Source: Candidatus Microgenomatus sp.
Lineage (GTDB): Bacteria > Patescibacteriota > Minisyncoccia > UBA6257 > GWB1-50-10
Length of the DNA stretch: 64,000 nucleotides
Direction of reading: 5' to 3'
Assembly: GCA_020724805.1 (NCBI GenBank)
Contig: DYGI01000002.1
Coordinates: 23,582 to 87,581 of the forward strand
Part shown: positions 26,719-36,271 of the stretch, piece after piece
How the letters are laid out: each line of letters begins with the position of its first letter
How positions within the stretch are numbered: position 1 is the stretch's first letter
Position numbers and translations under genes: made by a program
Notes under the pieces: model-generated
The model's input: only the letters and a program-made list of their open reading frames with translations
Told to the model about the DNA's origin: nothing
Databases searched by the model: none

Positions 26719-27102
26719 ATGCGTGTTGCGGGAGTAAACATTCCAGATGAAAAGAAAGTAACCATCGCCCTCACCTATCTCTACGGGATAGGTCGTGCGC
26801 GCGCCGTGGAAATAGTGACGACCGCGAAAGTTTCACCCGAAAAGCGCGCGAAGGAACTTTCACTGGAAGAGGTGAATCGCATCCAGTCCGCAATCGAGAA
26901 AACCACGAAGATCGAGGGAGAATTGCGTCAGGTGGTGAAGCAAAACATCGCGCGTCTCAAGGACATCAAGGCCTATCGTGGCGTTCGTCACCTTCGGAAA
27001 CTTCCCGTGCGTGGTCAGCGCACCAAGACGAACTCGCGTACCGTGCGAGGCAACGTGAGAAAGACCGCAGGAAGCGGCAAGCGTAAGGTGGAACTCAAAT
27101 AA
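26719..27102 (+). CDS. rpsM: 30S ribosomal protein S13
   Basis: MRVAGVNIPDEKKVTIALTYLYGIGRARA... plus gene order. Confidence 0.95.
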   Translation: MRVAGVNIPDEKKVTIALTYLYGIGRARAVEIVTTAKVSPEKRAKELSLEEVNRIQSAIEKTTKIEGELRQVVKQNIARLKDIKAYRGVRHLRKLPVRGQRTKTNSRTVRGNVRKTAGSGKRKVELK

Positions 27103-27103
27103 T

Positions 27104-27556
27104 ATGGGAAAGAAAAAAGTTGCGGCAAAAAGCGAGGCAGAGCTCGTGAAGGAATCAGAAGCGGTGGAAGCCACCGCGGCGAAAGAAGCCGCGAAAAGCG
27201 TTTCCACGCGTGTCGCGCATGGGCGCATCTACGTGAATGCTTCGTACAATAACACTATGATTACCGTGACGGATGACCAAGGGGGCGTGGTGACGTGGAT
27301 GTCTTCGGGCTCCATCGGATTTTCGGGACCCAAGAAGGCAACGCCTTTCGCCGCGTCCAAGGTGGCTGAGGCCATCGCGGAGAAGGTGAAGAAATCGGGA
27401 CCCGTGAATGTCGAAATATTTGTGCGCGGCATCGGCAAGGGAAGAGACTCCGCCATTCGCACTCTCGCCGCAAAAGGATTCACCGTGGAGTCGGTAAAGG
27501 ATATCACTCCTATCCCGCACAACGGACCGCGCCCGCGGAAGACGCGAAGGGTATAA
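27104..27556 (+). CDS. rpsK: 30S ribosomal protein S11
   Basis: ...RVAHGRIYVNASYNNTMITVTDDQGGVVTWMSSGSIGFSGPKKATPFAA... Confidence 0.95.
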   Translation: MGKKKVAAKSEAELVKESEAVEATAAKEAAKSVSTRVAHGRIYVNASYNNTMITVTDDQGGVVTWMSSGSIGFSGPKKATPFAASKVAEAIAEKVKKSGPVNVEIFVRGIGKGRDSAIRTLAAKGFTVESVKDITPIPHNGPRPRKTRRV

Positions 27557-27565
27557 TACATTGCC

Positions 27566-28171
27566 ATGGCAGTCATACACGCAAAAGAAAAAAAGGAACG
27601 TTCGCTCGGCGCAAAACTTTTTTTGAAAGGTGATCGTTGTAATTCGCCGAAGTGCGTTACCGTGCGGCGACCAGAGCGACCCGGACAGCACAAAGATGCG
27701 CGGCGCCAGCTCTCCGAATATGGACGGCAGCTCCAAGAGAAGCAGCGCATCCAAGTGTATTTCGGGCTTACGAACCGCCAAATGGAAAAATATTTTTCCG
27801 CCGATTCGCCTATCGCTATCGCAAACGCGCTTGAGCGTCGTTTGGACCACGCGGTGTTCGCGCTCGGGCTTGCAAAATCCCCGCGTATTGCCCGCCAACT
27901 CATCTCACATGGCCACATCGTGGTAAATGGGAGGAAGGTCACTACCGCATCCTATGAGGTTCGCGTGGGAGACCTAATTGCGATTCGCCCCGAATCGAGG
28001 ACGAGCAAGCTTTTTGAGGGGCTCGGCGCGCGCCTCAAAGAGTACTCGTGCCCGGGGTGGTTTGCGCTCGATGCGGAAAAATTCGAGGGAAAATGCGTGA
28101 AACTTCCGAGCGAAGACGACCACCAGTTCCCATTCGAAATTTCGCTCGCGAGCCAGTTCTACGACCGATAA
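27566..28171 (+). CDS. rpsD: 30S ribosomal protein S4
   Basis: 201 aa. N-terminal Zn-ribbon-like region and an S4 domain (...[23 protein letters not shown]...). Confidence 0.95.
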   Translation: MAVIHAKEKKERSLGAKLFLKGDRCNSPKCVTVRRPERPGQHKDARRQLSEYGRQLQEKQRIQVYFGLTNRQMEKYFSADSPIAIANALERRLDHAVFALGLAKSPRIARQLISHGHIVVNGRKVTTASYEVRVGDLIAIRPESRTSKLFEGLGARLKEYSCPGWFALDAEKFEGKCVKLPSEDDHQFPFEISLASQFYDR

Positions 28172-28214
28172 TATTGATTCATTCGGGGAAAGTTGGTACT
28201 ATAAGAACCGCGTT

Positions 28215-28976
28215 ATGAAATACTCACACCTCAGCGACACCATTTCTATAAAGACCGTTTCCGAGAAAGGGAATGTGGGCGTATTCCATATGGAAGGCCT
28301 GTACACCGGATACGGCCACACGCTCGGTACCGCGTTCCGCCGGACGCTTCTTTCTTCGCTTCCCGGCGCGGCAATCACCCAAATAAAGATAAAAGGAGTG
28401 GACCATGAATTTTCCACCGTTCCCGGCATGCTTGAGGACATAGTGGAATTTACCCTGAACTTGAAAAAAGTTCGGTTTCATTTCTTTGCGGACGAACCAC
28501 AGGTCCTCACCCTCAAGGTGAAGGGCGAACGTGTGGTGACCTCCGCGGATATCGAGGCGACCACGCTTGCAAAAGTGGTGAATCCCAACCTCCACCTCGC
28601 GACCCTTACGAAAAAAACCGCCGAGCTTGATATGGAGCTCACCGTTGAAAAGGGCTTGGGGTATGTGCCCGCGGAGGCGCGTCGCCTTGAGCGGCTCCCG
28701 GTAGGAACTGTGGTGCTCGACGCGATTTTTTCGCCTGTGGTCAGAGTGGCCGCAACGGTAGAGAACATGCGCGTAGGGGACCGTACCGACTTCAACCGTC
28801 TCATTTTGGAAGTGGAGACCGACGGCTCCATCTCTCCTTCCGAAGCGCTCCATAAAGCAGGGAATATTCTTAAGGATCACTTTGAAAAAACAGCCGCAGT
28901 CGAGGTAAAGCCGCTCGCGGAAGCACCCAGTGAAGAGAAGCGCGAAACGAAGCGGAAGAAAGTAACGAAGGAGTAA
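28215..28976 (+). CDS. rpoA: DNA-directed RNA polymerase alpha subunit, N-terminal domain only (no alpha-CTD)
   Basis: 253 aa. The alpha-NTD dimerisation and assembly fold is present. The protein ends in a Lys/Glu-rich tail, and rplQ starts 3 nt later. Confidence 0.9.
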   Translation: MKYSHLSDTISIKTVSEKGNVGVFHMEGLYTGYGHTLGTAFRRTLLSSLPGAAITQIKIKGVDHEFSTVPGMLEDIVEFTLNLKKVRFHFFADEPQVLTLKVKGERVVTSADIEATTLAKVVNPNLHLATLTKKTAELDMELTVEKGLGYVPAEARRLERLPVGTVVLDAIFSPVVRVAATVENMRVGDRTDFNRLILEVETDGSISPSEALHKAGNILKDHFEKTAAVEVKPLAEAPSEEKRETKRKKVTKE

Positions 28977-28978
28977 CC

Positions 28979-29329
28979 GTGCGGCACGCGAACAAGGGAA
29001 GAAAATTCGGCCGCGAGCGAGGGCAGCGTCGCGCGTTCCTTCGGAATCTCGCGGGGCAGCTTATCACCCGTGAGCGTATCACGACCACCGAAGCACGGGC
29101 GAAGGAGCTCCGCATGGTGGTGGAAAGGCTTGTGACGTACGGGAAAAAACAGAATGTGGCGGCGTTGCGCATGCTTGTGCAGAAATTGCCGAAAGCGGCG
29201 GCGTACAAGGCGTACCACGAGCTTGGGCCGCGCTACGCATCCCGTGCCGGCGGATACACGCGCGTGATAAAACAGGCTCGTGCGCGGAAAACCGACGGCG
29301 CGAAAATGGCGGTCATTGAATTTGTATAA
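28979..29329 (+). CDS. rplQ: 50S ribosomal protein L17
   Basis: MRHANKGRKFGRERGQRRAFLRNLAGQLITRERITTTEARAKELR... Confidence 0.95.
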   Translation: MRHANKGRKFGRERGQRRAFLRNLAGQLITRERITTTEARAKELRMVVERLVTYGKKQNVAALRMLVQKLPKAAAYKAYHELGPRYASRAGGYTRVIKQARARKTDGAKMAVIEFV

Positions 29330-29341
29330 TCACCAATCGCT

Positions 29342-29683
29342 ATGGAACACGAAATCGACGCAAAAGGAAAACGATTGGGGCGGATAGCCTCCGAGATTGC
29401 GGGCATTCTCCAAGGGAAACACTCGACCGCGTATGAGCCGCGGCTTGAGGGAAATGACCGCGTGAGGGTGAAAAACATCGACAAGCTTGCGCTCTCCGAG
29501 CGAAAGCAAACCGGCAAATTCTACTATCGTCACACGGGACCTCTCGGTCACTTGAAGGTTCGTTCGCTGAAGGATGTGTATGCAAAAAACCCTGCGTGGG
29601 TTTTGCGAAACGCGGTGCGCCTCATGCTTCCGAAGAATAAGCTGCTTGCCCGCCGGATGAAGAGACTTACCATCACCTCATAA
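29342..29683 (+). CDS. rplM: 50S ribosomal protein L13 (short form)
   Basis: 113 aa, reading ...AKGKRLGRIASEIAGILQGKH...YYRHTGPLGHLK... Confidence 0.9.
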   Translation: MEHEIDAKGKRLGRIASEIAGILQGKHSTAYEPRLEGNDRVRVKNIDKLALSERKQTGKFYYRHTGPLGHLKVRSLKDVYAKNPAWVLRNAVRLMLPKNKLLARRMKRLTITS

Positions 29684-29688
29684 CTTTT

Positions 29689-30135
29689 ATGACCATGCTC
29701 AAAAAAACCAACCCCGCAAAACCGTCGCGCCCCGCGCACAAGGAAGGCCGGTACGTCGCCGCGATAGGACGCCGCAAAACAGCCGTGGCGCGCACTCGCG
29801 TGGTTGCGGGAGGGAAAGGCATTTCGATTACGGTGAACGGGAAGGATTTTAAGAAATATTTCCCGCTTAAGAAGCTTCAAACGACGGTTACGGCGCCCTT
29901 TTTGGCGGTATCCATGAAGGACGCGGAGGTTGCTGCGCGTGCGATGGGGGGAGGTGTGCGCGCCCAGGCGGAGGCGGTTCGCCTCGCAATCGCGCGTGCG
30001 CTCGTCACCATCGACGCCGCAAATCGACCTAGATTGAAAACGCTCGGGTTTTTGAAGCGCGACCCACGCATGGTGGAGCGCAAGAAACCGGGACTTCGGA
30101 AAGCGCGAAGGCCTCAGCAATGGAGAAAGAGGTAG
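29689..30135 (+). CDS. rpsI: 30S ribosomal protein S9
   Basis: 148 aa: ...GRRKTAVARTRVVAGGKGISITVNGK...RPQQWRKR. Confidence 0.9.
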   Translation: MTMLKKTNPAKPSRPAHKEGRYVAAIGRRKTAVARTRVVAGGKGISITVNGKDFKKYFPLKKLQTTVTAPFLAVSMKDAEVAARAMGGGVRAQAEAVRLAIARALVTIDAANRPRLKTLGFLKRDPRMVERKKPGLRKARRPQQWRKR

Positions 30136-30197
30136 TTTTCTAAAGCCCCACTATATGTGGGGCTTTCCATTGTTGGGATAGAAAGGGTCGGGGAGCG

Positions 30198-31535
30198 TTA
30201 TTCCTCGAATGAGAGCGCCATTAACTCTCCGCTCTCATGGAGCACGTATGCGGTGAACCCGGTGAACGCGAACTCTTTCACGCGGTGTGCGAGCGTCACA
30301 TGGTTTTGCTCCCCGTGAAATCCAAGTTCCGCGGCGATAAGCTCGTTTCCTGCGAGGAAGAAAAGATAACGGGGAAGCGAGGAATTCCACGCGAGCGCGT
30401 GAGGAGGCGCGCCTCCTTCCCATAGAAGAAAAGTGGTTGCCTGAGGCACGAGTCTATCTCCCGTGTAGTGGTCAAGAAAATAGAGGGAGATTTTTCCCTC
30501 ACGTGCGTACGCTACCCGTGCGCCTCCGGGGGAGAGCGAAAATTCGGTCACGCGGTCGGCAATTACCACGCGGCTTCCGCTCGCGCGATAGTATGCGGTA
30601 AGCTCTCCTTCCGCAGTAAGGAACACCAATTTATCGCCTCCCGCGGTACTTTCCATACGGGCGATGGCTCCCGATGCAAATGGCGCGGTAGCCACGGTTT
30701 TGAACACCAAGTCCACCGCCGTAAGCGATCCGTCGGCTCCGAGAAGCAACACTTCGGAATCGTTCCATGCGACACGAGCCACCTGTTCGATGGTGGCGAG
30801 GCGTTCGAGGGAAATGCGCCTGGTGTCGAGCGCGTAGAGAGAAGTTTCGGTTACGATGAGAAATTTTCCTGCGCTGAAAGGATGGGGACGGATATCTATC
30901 AACGGAACGATGCCGGGAAGATCGAGCTCACGCTCCTTGAGCGAGTGAAAGAGTGTGGAAAGGTTGAGTGTGGAACTCTCAGCATCTTTACCTACGAGAT
31001 AGACAGTCCCTTCGGTGCGCGTGATGAGCGTAGCGGCATCATCCGAGGCATAGGCGATTGCGGCGCCCCGCATAAACGTGCCGTCCAGCGACAAAGTTCC
31101 ATCCAAGGAGCGAATCACAGGGATTCCCGCGGAAAGAGCGAATGAATCAACGCGGGGAGTTATTGCGGTAGTGCTTGCCGTGACTGGCCAGAGAAATATA
31201 TCGGTGGCACGCGTTACGATACCTCGGGTCACCGGAAGAGACGCACGCCAAGGTATTCGACCCTCGGCTTCGGCGCGCACTTCGTACGTGTTGGGAGAAA
31301 GATTTTTTATGAGCGTGCCCCCGGAGAGAATGCCGGGATTTTCAGTGACCCGGGCGCCGTTCAGGAATAGATCAGCGGCACGCGGAATCGTGGCGACAAA
31401 AAGAGAACCGGTACGAAGCACCGCGCCACCCGTGCCTACCGTGACCCCGAGCGCGATGCTTACCGCCACAACCCCCCCCACAATGAAAAGTGCGACGAGC
31501 GAATAGAACACTATGCGTCTGGTGGTGGTATGCAC
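30198..31535 (-). CDS. Hypothetical membrane-anchored protein with a PEGA-like domain and a predicted beta-rich repeat region
   Basis: 445 aa. N-terminal TM, then IPRAADLFLNGARV...GTLIKNLSPNTYEV (PEGA-like). Confidence 0.5.
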   Translation of the reverse strand: MHTTTRRIVFYSLVALFIVGGVVAVSIALGVTVGTGGAVLRTGSLFVATIPRAADLFLNGARVTENPGILSGGTLIKNLSPNTYEVRAEAEGRIPWRASLPVTRGIVTRATDIFLWPVTASTTAITPRVDSFALSAGIPVIRSLDGTLSLDGTFMRGAAIAYASDDAATLITRTEGTVYLVGKDAESSTLNLSTLFHSLKERELDLPGIVPLIDIRPHPFSAGKFLIVTETSLYALDTRRISLERLATIEQVARVAWNDSEVLLLGADGSLTAVDLVFKTVATAPFASGAIARMESTAGGDKLVFLTAEGELTAYYRASGSRVVIADRVTEFSLSPGGARVAYAREGKISLYFLDHYTGDRLVPQATTFLLWEGGAPPHALAWNSSLPRYLFFLAGNELIAAELGFHGEQNHVTLAHRVKEFAFTGFTAYVLHESGELMALSFEE

Positions 31536-31584
31536 CTCATCACCCTATCCCAACGGTTTGAATTTTTGAAGGGCGGAGGGTAGC

Positions 31585-32604
31585 ATGAAGACGATTATGT
31601 TCATCCGGAAGATCGGTATCGACCTAGGCACTACGAACACCGTGGTATTCCATCCCGACAAAGGTATCGTAATCAACGAGCCGACGGTGGTGGCACTTCG
31701 GAAGCCCGGCGAAGAAGTATTGGCGGTCGGCGCGGAAGCGAAGGAAATGGTGGGACGTACGCCGGACGATATTGTGACCTACCGCCCATTGAAGGATGGC
31801 GTCATCGCGGAATATTACATTACCCGTTCGATGCTGAAATATTTCATCGCAAAGGGTATTGGCGCGTGGAATCTCATTCGTCCCGAAGTGGTAATTTCCG
31901 TTCCCGCGGGCATCACATCCACCGAGTATCGCGCGGTGATGAACGCCGCGCGCGAAGCGGGCGCCAAAGAGGTTTATCTTGTGAAAGAGCCGCTCCTTGC
32001 CTCACTCGGGGCCGGCATTCCCATACATTCAGCCGAGGGGAACATGATAGTAAATATCGGTGGCGGGACTACCGAAGTGGCGGTCATTTCTTTGGGGGGC
32101 ATCGTGACGTGGGAGAGTCTGCGGGTCGCGGGAAACCGCTTTGATATGGCCATCACGGATTTCATAAGAAAAAAGTATGGTCTTGCGGTGGGAGAAACGA
32201 GTGCCGAGAACATCAAAATAGGGATAGGTACCGCAGTGCCGAATCGGAACCGGCTTGAGATGAAGGTACGGGGGCGCGACCTCCGTTCCGGGCTCCCTCG
32301 CGATCTCGTGGTCAATTCGAACGAGATGGCAGAGGCGATAAACCCCCACCTTGTGGAAATTGCGAACGCCATTCAGGCGGTGTTCAACGTGACGCCTCCG
32401 GAACTTGCCGCCGACATCATGGAAAAGGGGATAATCCTTTCCGGAGGTTCCTCGCAGCTCCGCGATCTCCCCGAGTTTCTTCGGCGCACACTCGGTGTTT
32501 CCGCCTACCTTGCGGAAGACGCCATTCTTTGCGTCGCGAAAGGCACCGCTACCATTTTAGGTCATCTTGATGTCTACAAACGTACGCTCCTCCATCGCCG
32601 ATAG
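31585..32604 (+). CDS. mreB: Rod shape-determining actin homolog MreB
   Basis: 339 aa: [13 protein letters not shown]...; actin/Hsp70 fold motifs. Confidence 0.9.
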   Translation: MKTIMFIRKIGIDLGTTNTVVFHPDKGIVINEPTVVALRKPGEEVLAVGAEAKEMVGRTPDDIVTYRPLKDGVIAEYYITRSMLKYFIAKGIGAWNLIRPEVVISVPAGITSTEYRAVMNAAREAGAKEVYLVKEPLLASLGAGIPIHSAEGNMIVNIGGGTTEVAVISLGGIVTWESLRVAGNRFDMAITDFIRKKYGLAVGETSAENIKIGIGTAVPNRNRLEMKVRGRDLRSGLPRDLVVNSNEMAEAINPHLVEIANAIQAVFNVTPPELAADIMEKGIILSGGSSQLRDLPEFLRRTLGVSAYLAEDAILCVAKGTATILGHLDVYKRTLLHRR

Positions 32605-33382
32605 TGTATTTCTCGGACATGAAGCACATGTCCGCGATTTCACGCGACTTGCCGCAGAAAATCTTCTCGGGCATGCGTATTGTTTCTTTGGAGATGAAGG
32701 AGTAGGGAAATTCCGTTTTGCGCGCGCATTCGCTCATTTTCTCGAACGGGGGCAATGGAATACCAACGATGCCGCAATACTTTCGGATGTGTTGGTCATC
32801 GAATGTGGCGCCGAAGAAACCTCGGTGGGAGTCGACGTGGTACGCGCGGTGCGTAAGTTTCTCGCGGAAACTCCATTTCATTCTCCGCGGCGCACGGTCA
32901 TCGTAAGGGATGCCGAACTTCTTACGTGGGAAGCGGAGAGCGCGTTCCTGAAAATCATGGAGGAACCACCTTCACACGCACTTATTCTTATGACGGTGCG
33001 AACTCCCGAATCGCTCTTTCCGCCCCTTGTGAGCCGTATGGCAAAGGTTCATTTTGCGCGGCTCGCGCGAAAAACTCTGACGGAAACATTAGTACATGAG
33101 TTCAAGGTGCCTTTGCGCGAAGCATCTGCAGTCTCTTCTCGCTCGTTCGGCCGCGTGGGATATGCGCTCCGTCTTGTTGCGGAAAAGAAAAAAGCCTCGA
33201 AGAAAAGCGATAAAACGCTCGCGCAGGAACTTGAATCGCTCATACTTGCACGGTGGGAGAAGGGAGTGAAGGGAGAGGCGCGCGCGCTCGCGTTCCTCCT
33301 CGCCCGCTTTGAGGCGGCGTCCCGCTTCAATTTGAATCCTCGCCTCCAATCGAAGGCGATTTCGTATATGATATCCGGGTGA
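32567..33382 (+). CDS. DNA polymerase III delta-prime-like clamp-loader subunit with degenerate P-loop (HolB-like)
   Basis: 271 aa. GDEGVGKF is a degenerate Walker A. Reads ...VLVIECGAEE... ...TVIVRDAELLTWEAESAFLKIMEEPP. Confidence 0.55.
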   Translation: MMSTNVRSSIADSVFLGHEAHVRDFTRLAAENLLGHAYCFFGDEGVGKFRFARAFAHFLERGQWNTNDAAILSDVLVIECGAEETSVGVDVVRAVRKFLAETPFHSPRRTVIVRDAELLTWEAESAFLKIMEEPPSHALILMTVRTPESLFPPLVSRMAKVHFARLARKTLTETLVHEFKVPLREASAVSSRSFGRVGYALRLVAEKKKASKKSDKTLAQELESLILARWEKGVKGEARALAFLLARFEAASRFNLNPRLQSKAISYMISG

Positions 33383-33933
33383 CCATGGACATTCTTCAAG
33401 ATTTTAAAAACGTGCTCGCAAAGCTTTTGGACGAGGTAAAAACCGCGCTCGCAGGCGTTCGCACCAATCGGCCGAATACCGGACTGGTGGAAGACCTCAA
33501 AGTGAGCCACTACGGAGGAACCTTTCCCGTAAAGCAATTGGGATCCGTGGGCGTGATGCCGCCGCGGGAGATACGGATTGAGGTGTGGGATGCAAGCGCG
33601 GTGCCGGCGGTGGCCAAAGCCATAGAGACCTCTGCTCTTGGTCTCACCGCGAATACGGAAGGAAACGTCATCCGCATCTTTCTGCCGGAACTTTCCGATG
33701 AGCGCCGCAAAGAGCTGACGAAATATATAGGGACCGTGGCCGAGGAACACCGCATAAAAGTGCGCCATGCACGCGATGAAGCGAACAAGCGCGTTCAAAA
33801 AGCGTTTGACGGAGGCGAACTCACCGAAGATCAAAAGTTCCGCACGAAGGAAGATATCCAAAAAGCGACCGATGGCTGGAACGAAGCGGTGGACGCGCTC
33901 GTGGAGAAAAAGGAAGAGGAGATACGCGCATGA
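33379..33933 (+). CDS. frr: Ribosome recycling factor
   Basis: 184 aa: ...AGVRTNRPNTGLVEDLKV..YGG..PVKQLGSV.... Confidence 0.9.
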   Translation: MTMDILQDFKNVLAKLLDEVKTALAGVRTNRPNTGLVEDLKVSHYGGTFPVKQLGSVGVMPPREIRIEVWDASAVPAVAKAIETSALGLTANTEGNVIRIFLPELSDERRKELTKYIGTVAEEHRIKVRHARDEANKRVQKAFDGGELTEDQKFRTKEDIQKATDGWNEAVDALVEKKEEEIRA

Positions 33934-35000
33934 CCGTACTTCTTGTCATCATCGCACTCTCACTTCTCGTGCTCATCCATGAGCTCGGACATTTTGCGGC
34001 GGCAAAACTATTCGGCATACGCGTCGATGAGTTCGGATTCGGGTTTCCTCCCAAAGTGCTTTCGTGGATGAAGGGCGAGACGAGGTATAGCATAAACCTT
34101 CTGCCGTTCGGGGGGTTTGTTCGTATTTTCGGCGAGGACACCGCACCTCCTGCCGGCGATCCCGATGCGCGGCGCGCGTTCGTAACGAAATCCGTAGGCG
34201 CACGCGCGGTGGTGATAGGCGGTGGCGTGGTAATGAATTTCCTTGCGGGATGGCTTTTGCTTTCGGTGGTTTTCATGCTCGGTTCGGCATCGCATCTGGG
34301 GATTTCCCATGTGGCGCCCGGTTCTCCTGCGGAAATGGCGGGACTTGTCGAAGGCGATCTGGTGCTTCGCGCCGCGAACCCGCTCGAGAGCCAGATGCCT
34401 CTTACGGACCCAATTTCACTCGACGCATTTGTGGAGCTTGTGAATACCACCGCTTCGGATGGGGTGCCGGTTATGCTTACCGTGCTTCGGAGCGGTGACG
34501 AACTCTCATTTGAGATAGTAGGGCGTGCGGTGCCGCCCGAGGGAGAAGGAGCGCTCGGTATCGCGCTTTTTGATACCGGGATGCCCCGCGAGGGTTTCTT
34601 TGAAAGTTTTGTAAAGGGCGCCGAAGCGACATTAGAGCTCGTGAAAGCGATTCTCGTCGGCCTTGCGGAATTTTTCATTGGACTTTTCACGGAAGCCGAC
34701 ACGTTCCAGGCGGTTACCGGACCGGTGGGCGTGGTTGCGGTGGTGGCGGGGAGCGTGTCGTTCGGCGTTGCGCCCTTTTTGAATCTTATGGCGCTCATCT
34801 CTCTCCACCTTGCGCTCCTCAATTTCCTTCCGCTTCCCGCGTTGGATGGGGGACGACTTTTCTTCCTGGTGGTCGAAGCGCTCAAAGGTTCCCCGGTCTC
34901 GCGGAAAATAGAGCGCGCCACCCACGCGGTAGGATTTGCGCTTCTCCTGCTCCTTATGGTGGTGGTTACGGTACGTGACATCGGTCGGCTCATCCCCTAG
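33930..35000 (+). CDS. rseP: Site-2 (RIP) zinc metalloprotease RseP-like
   Basis: 356 aa. HELGHF zinc motif in the N-terminal TM helix, a PDZ-like insert, and an LDGG motif near the C-terminus. Confidence 0.85.
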   Translation: MTVLLVIIALSLLVLIHELGHFAAAKLFGIRVDEFGFGFPPKVLSWMKGETRYSINLLPFGGFVRIFGEDTAPPAGDPDARRAFVTKSVGARAVVIGGGVVMNFLAGWLLLSVVFMLGSASHLGISHVAPGSPAEMAGLVEGDLVLRAANPLESQMPLTDPISLDAFVELVNTTASDGVPVMLTVLRSGDELSFEIVGRAVPPEGEGALGIALFDTGMPREGFFESFVKGAEATLELVKAILVGLAEFFIGLFTEADTFQAVTGPVGVVAVVAGSVSFGVAPFLNLMALISLHLALLNFLPLPALDGGRLFFLVVEALKGSPVSRKIERATHAVGFALLLLLMVVVTVRDIGRLIP

Positions 35001-35001
35001 G

Positions 35002-36267
35002 ATGGTGAAAGAGCGTTCCTCTATGAGACAATCAACCCTTTTTCTTAAAACCCAACGTGAGTTTCCCAAGGATGAAGCGGCGGTGAACGCAAAGTTGCTT
35101 ATCCGAGGGAACTTCATCCACAAACTTATGGCGGGCGTCTACACGATGTTGCCGCTCGGGTTTCGCGTACGCGAGAAGGTTATCGCCATTATTCGTGATG
35201 AGATGGATATGCTCGGTGCCGAGATGCTCATGCCGGCGCTCCATCCGCGCGCGACGTGGGATGCGACGGGACGGTGGGAGGGAATGCAAAAGGTGATGTA
35301 TCAGTTCAAGGACCATGGTGGTCGCGATGTGGGGCTTGGGCCTACGCACGAGGAGGTCATTGCGGAGGTTGCAAAACAGATAATTTCCTCATATCAGGAC
35401 CTCCCGAAGGCCATCTACCAGATACAGACGAAGTTCAGGGACGAAGAAAGGCCAAAATCAGGACTCCTTCGCGGGCGGGAGTTTACCATGAAGGATCTTT
35501 ACAGTTTTCACGCGGACACCGCGTCGCTCGAGCAATACTACGAGCGGGTAAAAGATGCCTACCACGCCGTATTCAAGCGGATGGGCCTTATGGCCCATCT
35601 CACGGAGGCTTCAGGGGGCGATTTCTCCAAATATTCTCATGAGTTTATGGTGGAGGCGGACGCGGGCGAAGATAAAGTGCTTTTGTGCCGTCTCTGTGGA
35701 TTCGCGCGGAATGCGGAGATAGCCGAAGAAAAGAAGGGCAAATGTACGAAGTGCGGCGAAGGCATGCTCGAGAATATCAACGGTATCGAAGTGGGGAACA
35801 TTTTCAAACTCGGCACGCGCTTCTCGGAACCCGTGGGGCTTGTGTTCAAAGATAAAGACGGCGAGACGCACCCGGTCATCATGGCCTCTTACGGTATCGG
35901 GGTGGAACGACTTATCGGCACAATCGCGGAAACGCACCACGACGACAAAGGATTGATGTGGCCGGAAGCGGTAGCGCCCTTCATGGTCCACCTGCTCCGC
36001 GTGGGCGCCGAGGATGATGGACTTACGAAGTTCGCGGACAAGGTTTACGATGATCTCGTGAAGAAAGGAATCGAGGTGCTCTATGACGATCGGCCGGGCG
36101 TGAGCGCGGGCGAGAAATTCGCCGACGCCGATCTCATCGGTATTCCGTGGCGCGTGGTCGTTTCGGAGCGTACCCACGCATCGGAAAAAGTGGAAGTGAA
36201 GAGGAGGGGGGAGAATGATGCAAAGCTCGTGACTCCTTCGGCGCTCGCGGCGCTGGTGAACGCATAA
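35002..36267 (+). CDS. proS: Prolyl-tRNA synthetase (class II)
   Basis: About 421 aa from the ATG at 35002, directly after the rseP stop. Class-II motifs FRDEERPKSGLLRGREFTMKDLYSFH and a C-terminal anticodon-binding domain. The ORF-track start at 34936 overlaps rseP. Confidence 0.85.
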   Translation: MVKERSSMRQSTLFLKTQREFPKDEAAVNAKLLIRGNFIHKLMAGVYTMLPLGFRVREKVIAIIRDEMDMLGAEMLMPALHPRATWDATGRWEGMQKVMYQFKDHGGRDVGLGPTHEEVIAEVAKQIISSYQDLPKAIYQIQTKFRDEERPKSGLLRGREFTMKDLYSFHADTASLEQYYERVKDAYHAVFKRMGLMAHLTEASGGDFSKYSHEFMVEADAGEDKVLLCRLCGFARNAEIAEEKKGKCTKCGEGMLENINGIEVGNIFKLGTRFSEPVGLVFKDKDGETHPVIMASYGIGVERLIGTIAETHHDDKGLMWPEAVAPFMVHLLRVGAEDDGLTKFADKVYDDLVKKGIEVLYDDRPGVSAGEKFADADLIGIPWRVVVSERTHASEKVEVKRRGENDAKLVTPSALAALVNA

Positions 36268-36271
36268 ACTT

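Noticed and set aside
27155-27942. Long antisense ORFs over rpsK and rpsD, and similar ones over proS/rseP (33821-34993), pbp2 (38029-39219), dnaK (47271-48128), dnaJ (50210-51178) and rplJL (51429-52355)
   Set aside because: They are opposite highly conserved ribosomal and chaperone genes and show no motifs.
28215-28976. rpoA shortened by a frameshift or assembly error
   Set aside because: rplQ begins 3 nt after the rpoA stop, and no alternative frame downstream encodes an alpha-CTD-like HhH domain. The short form appears genuine.
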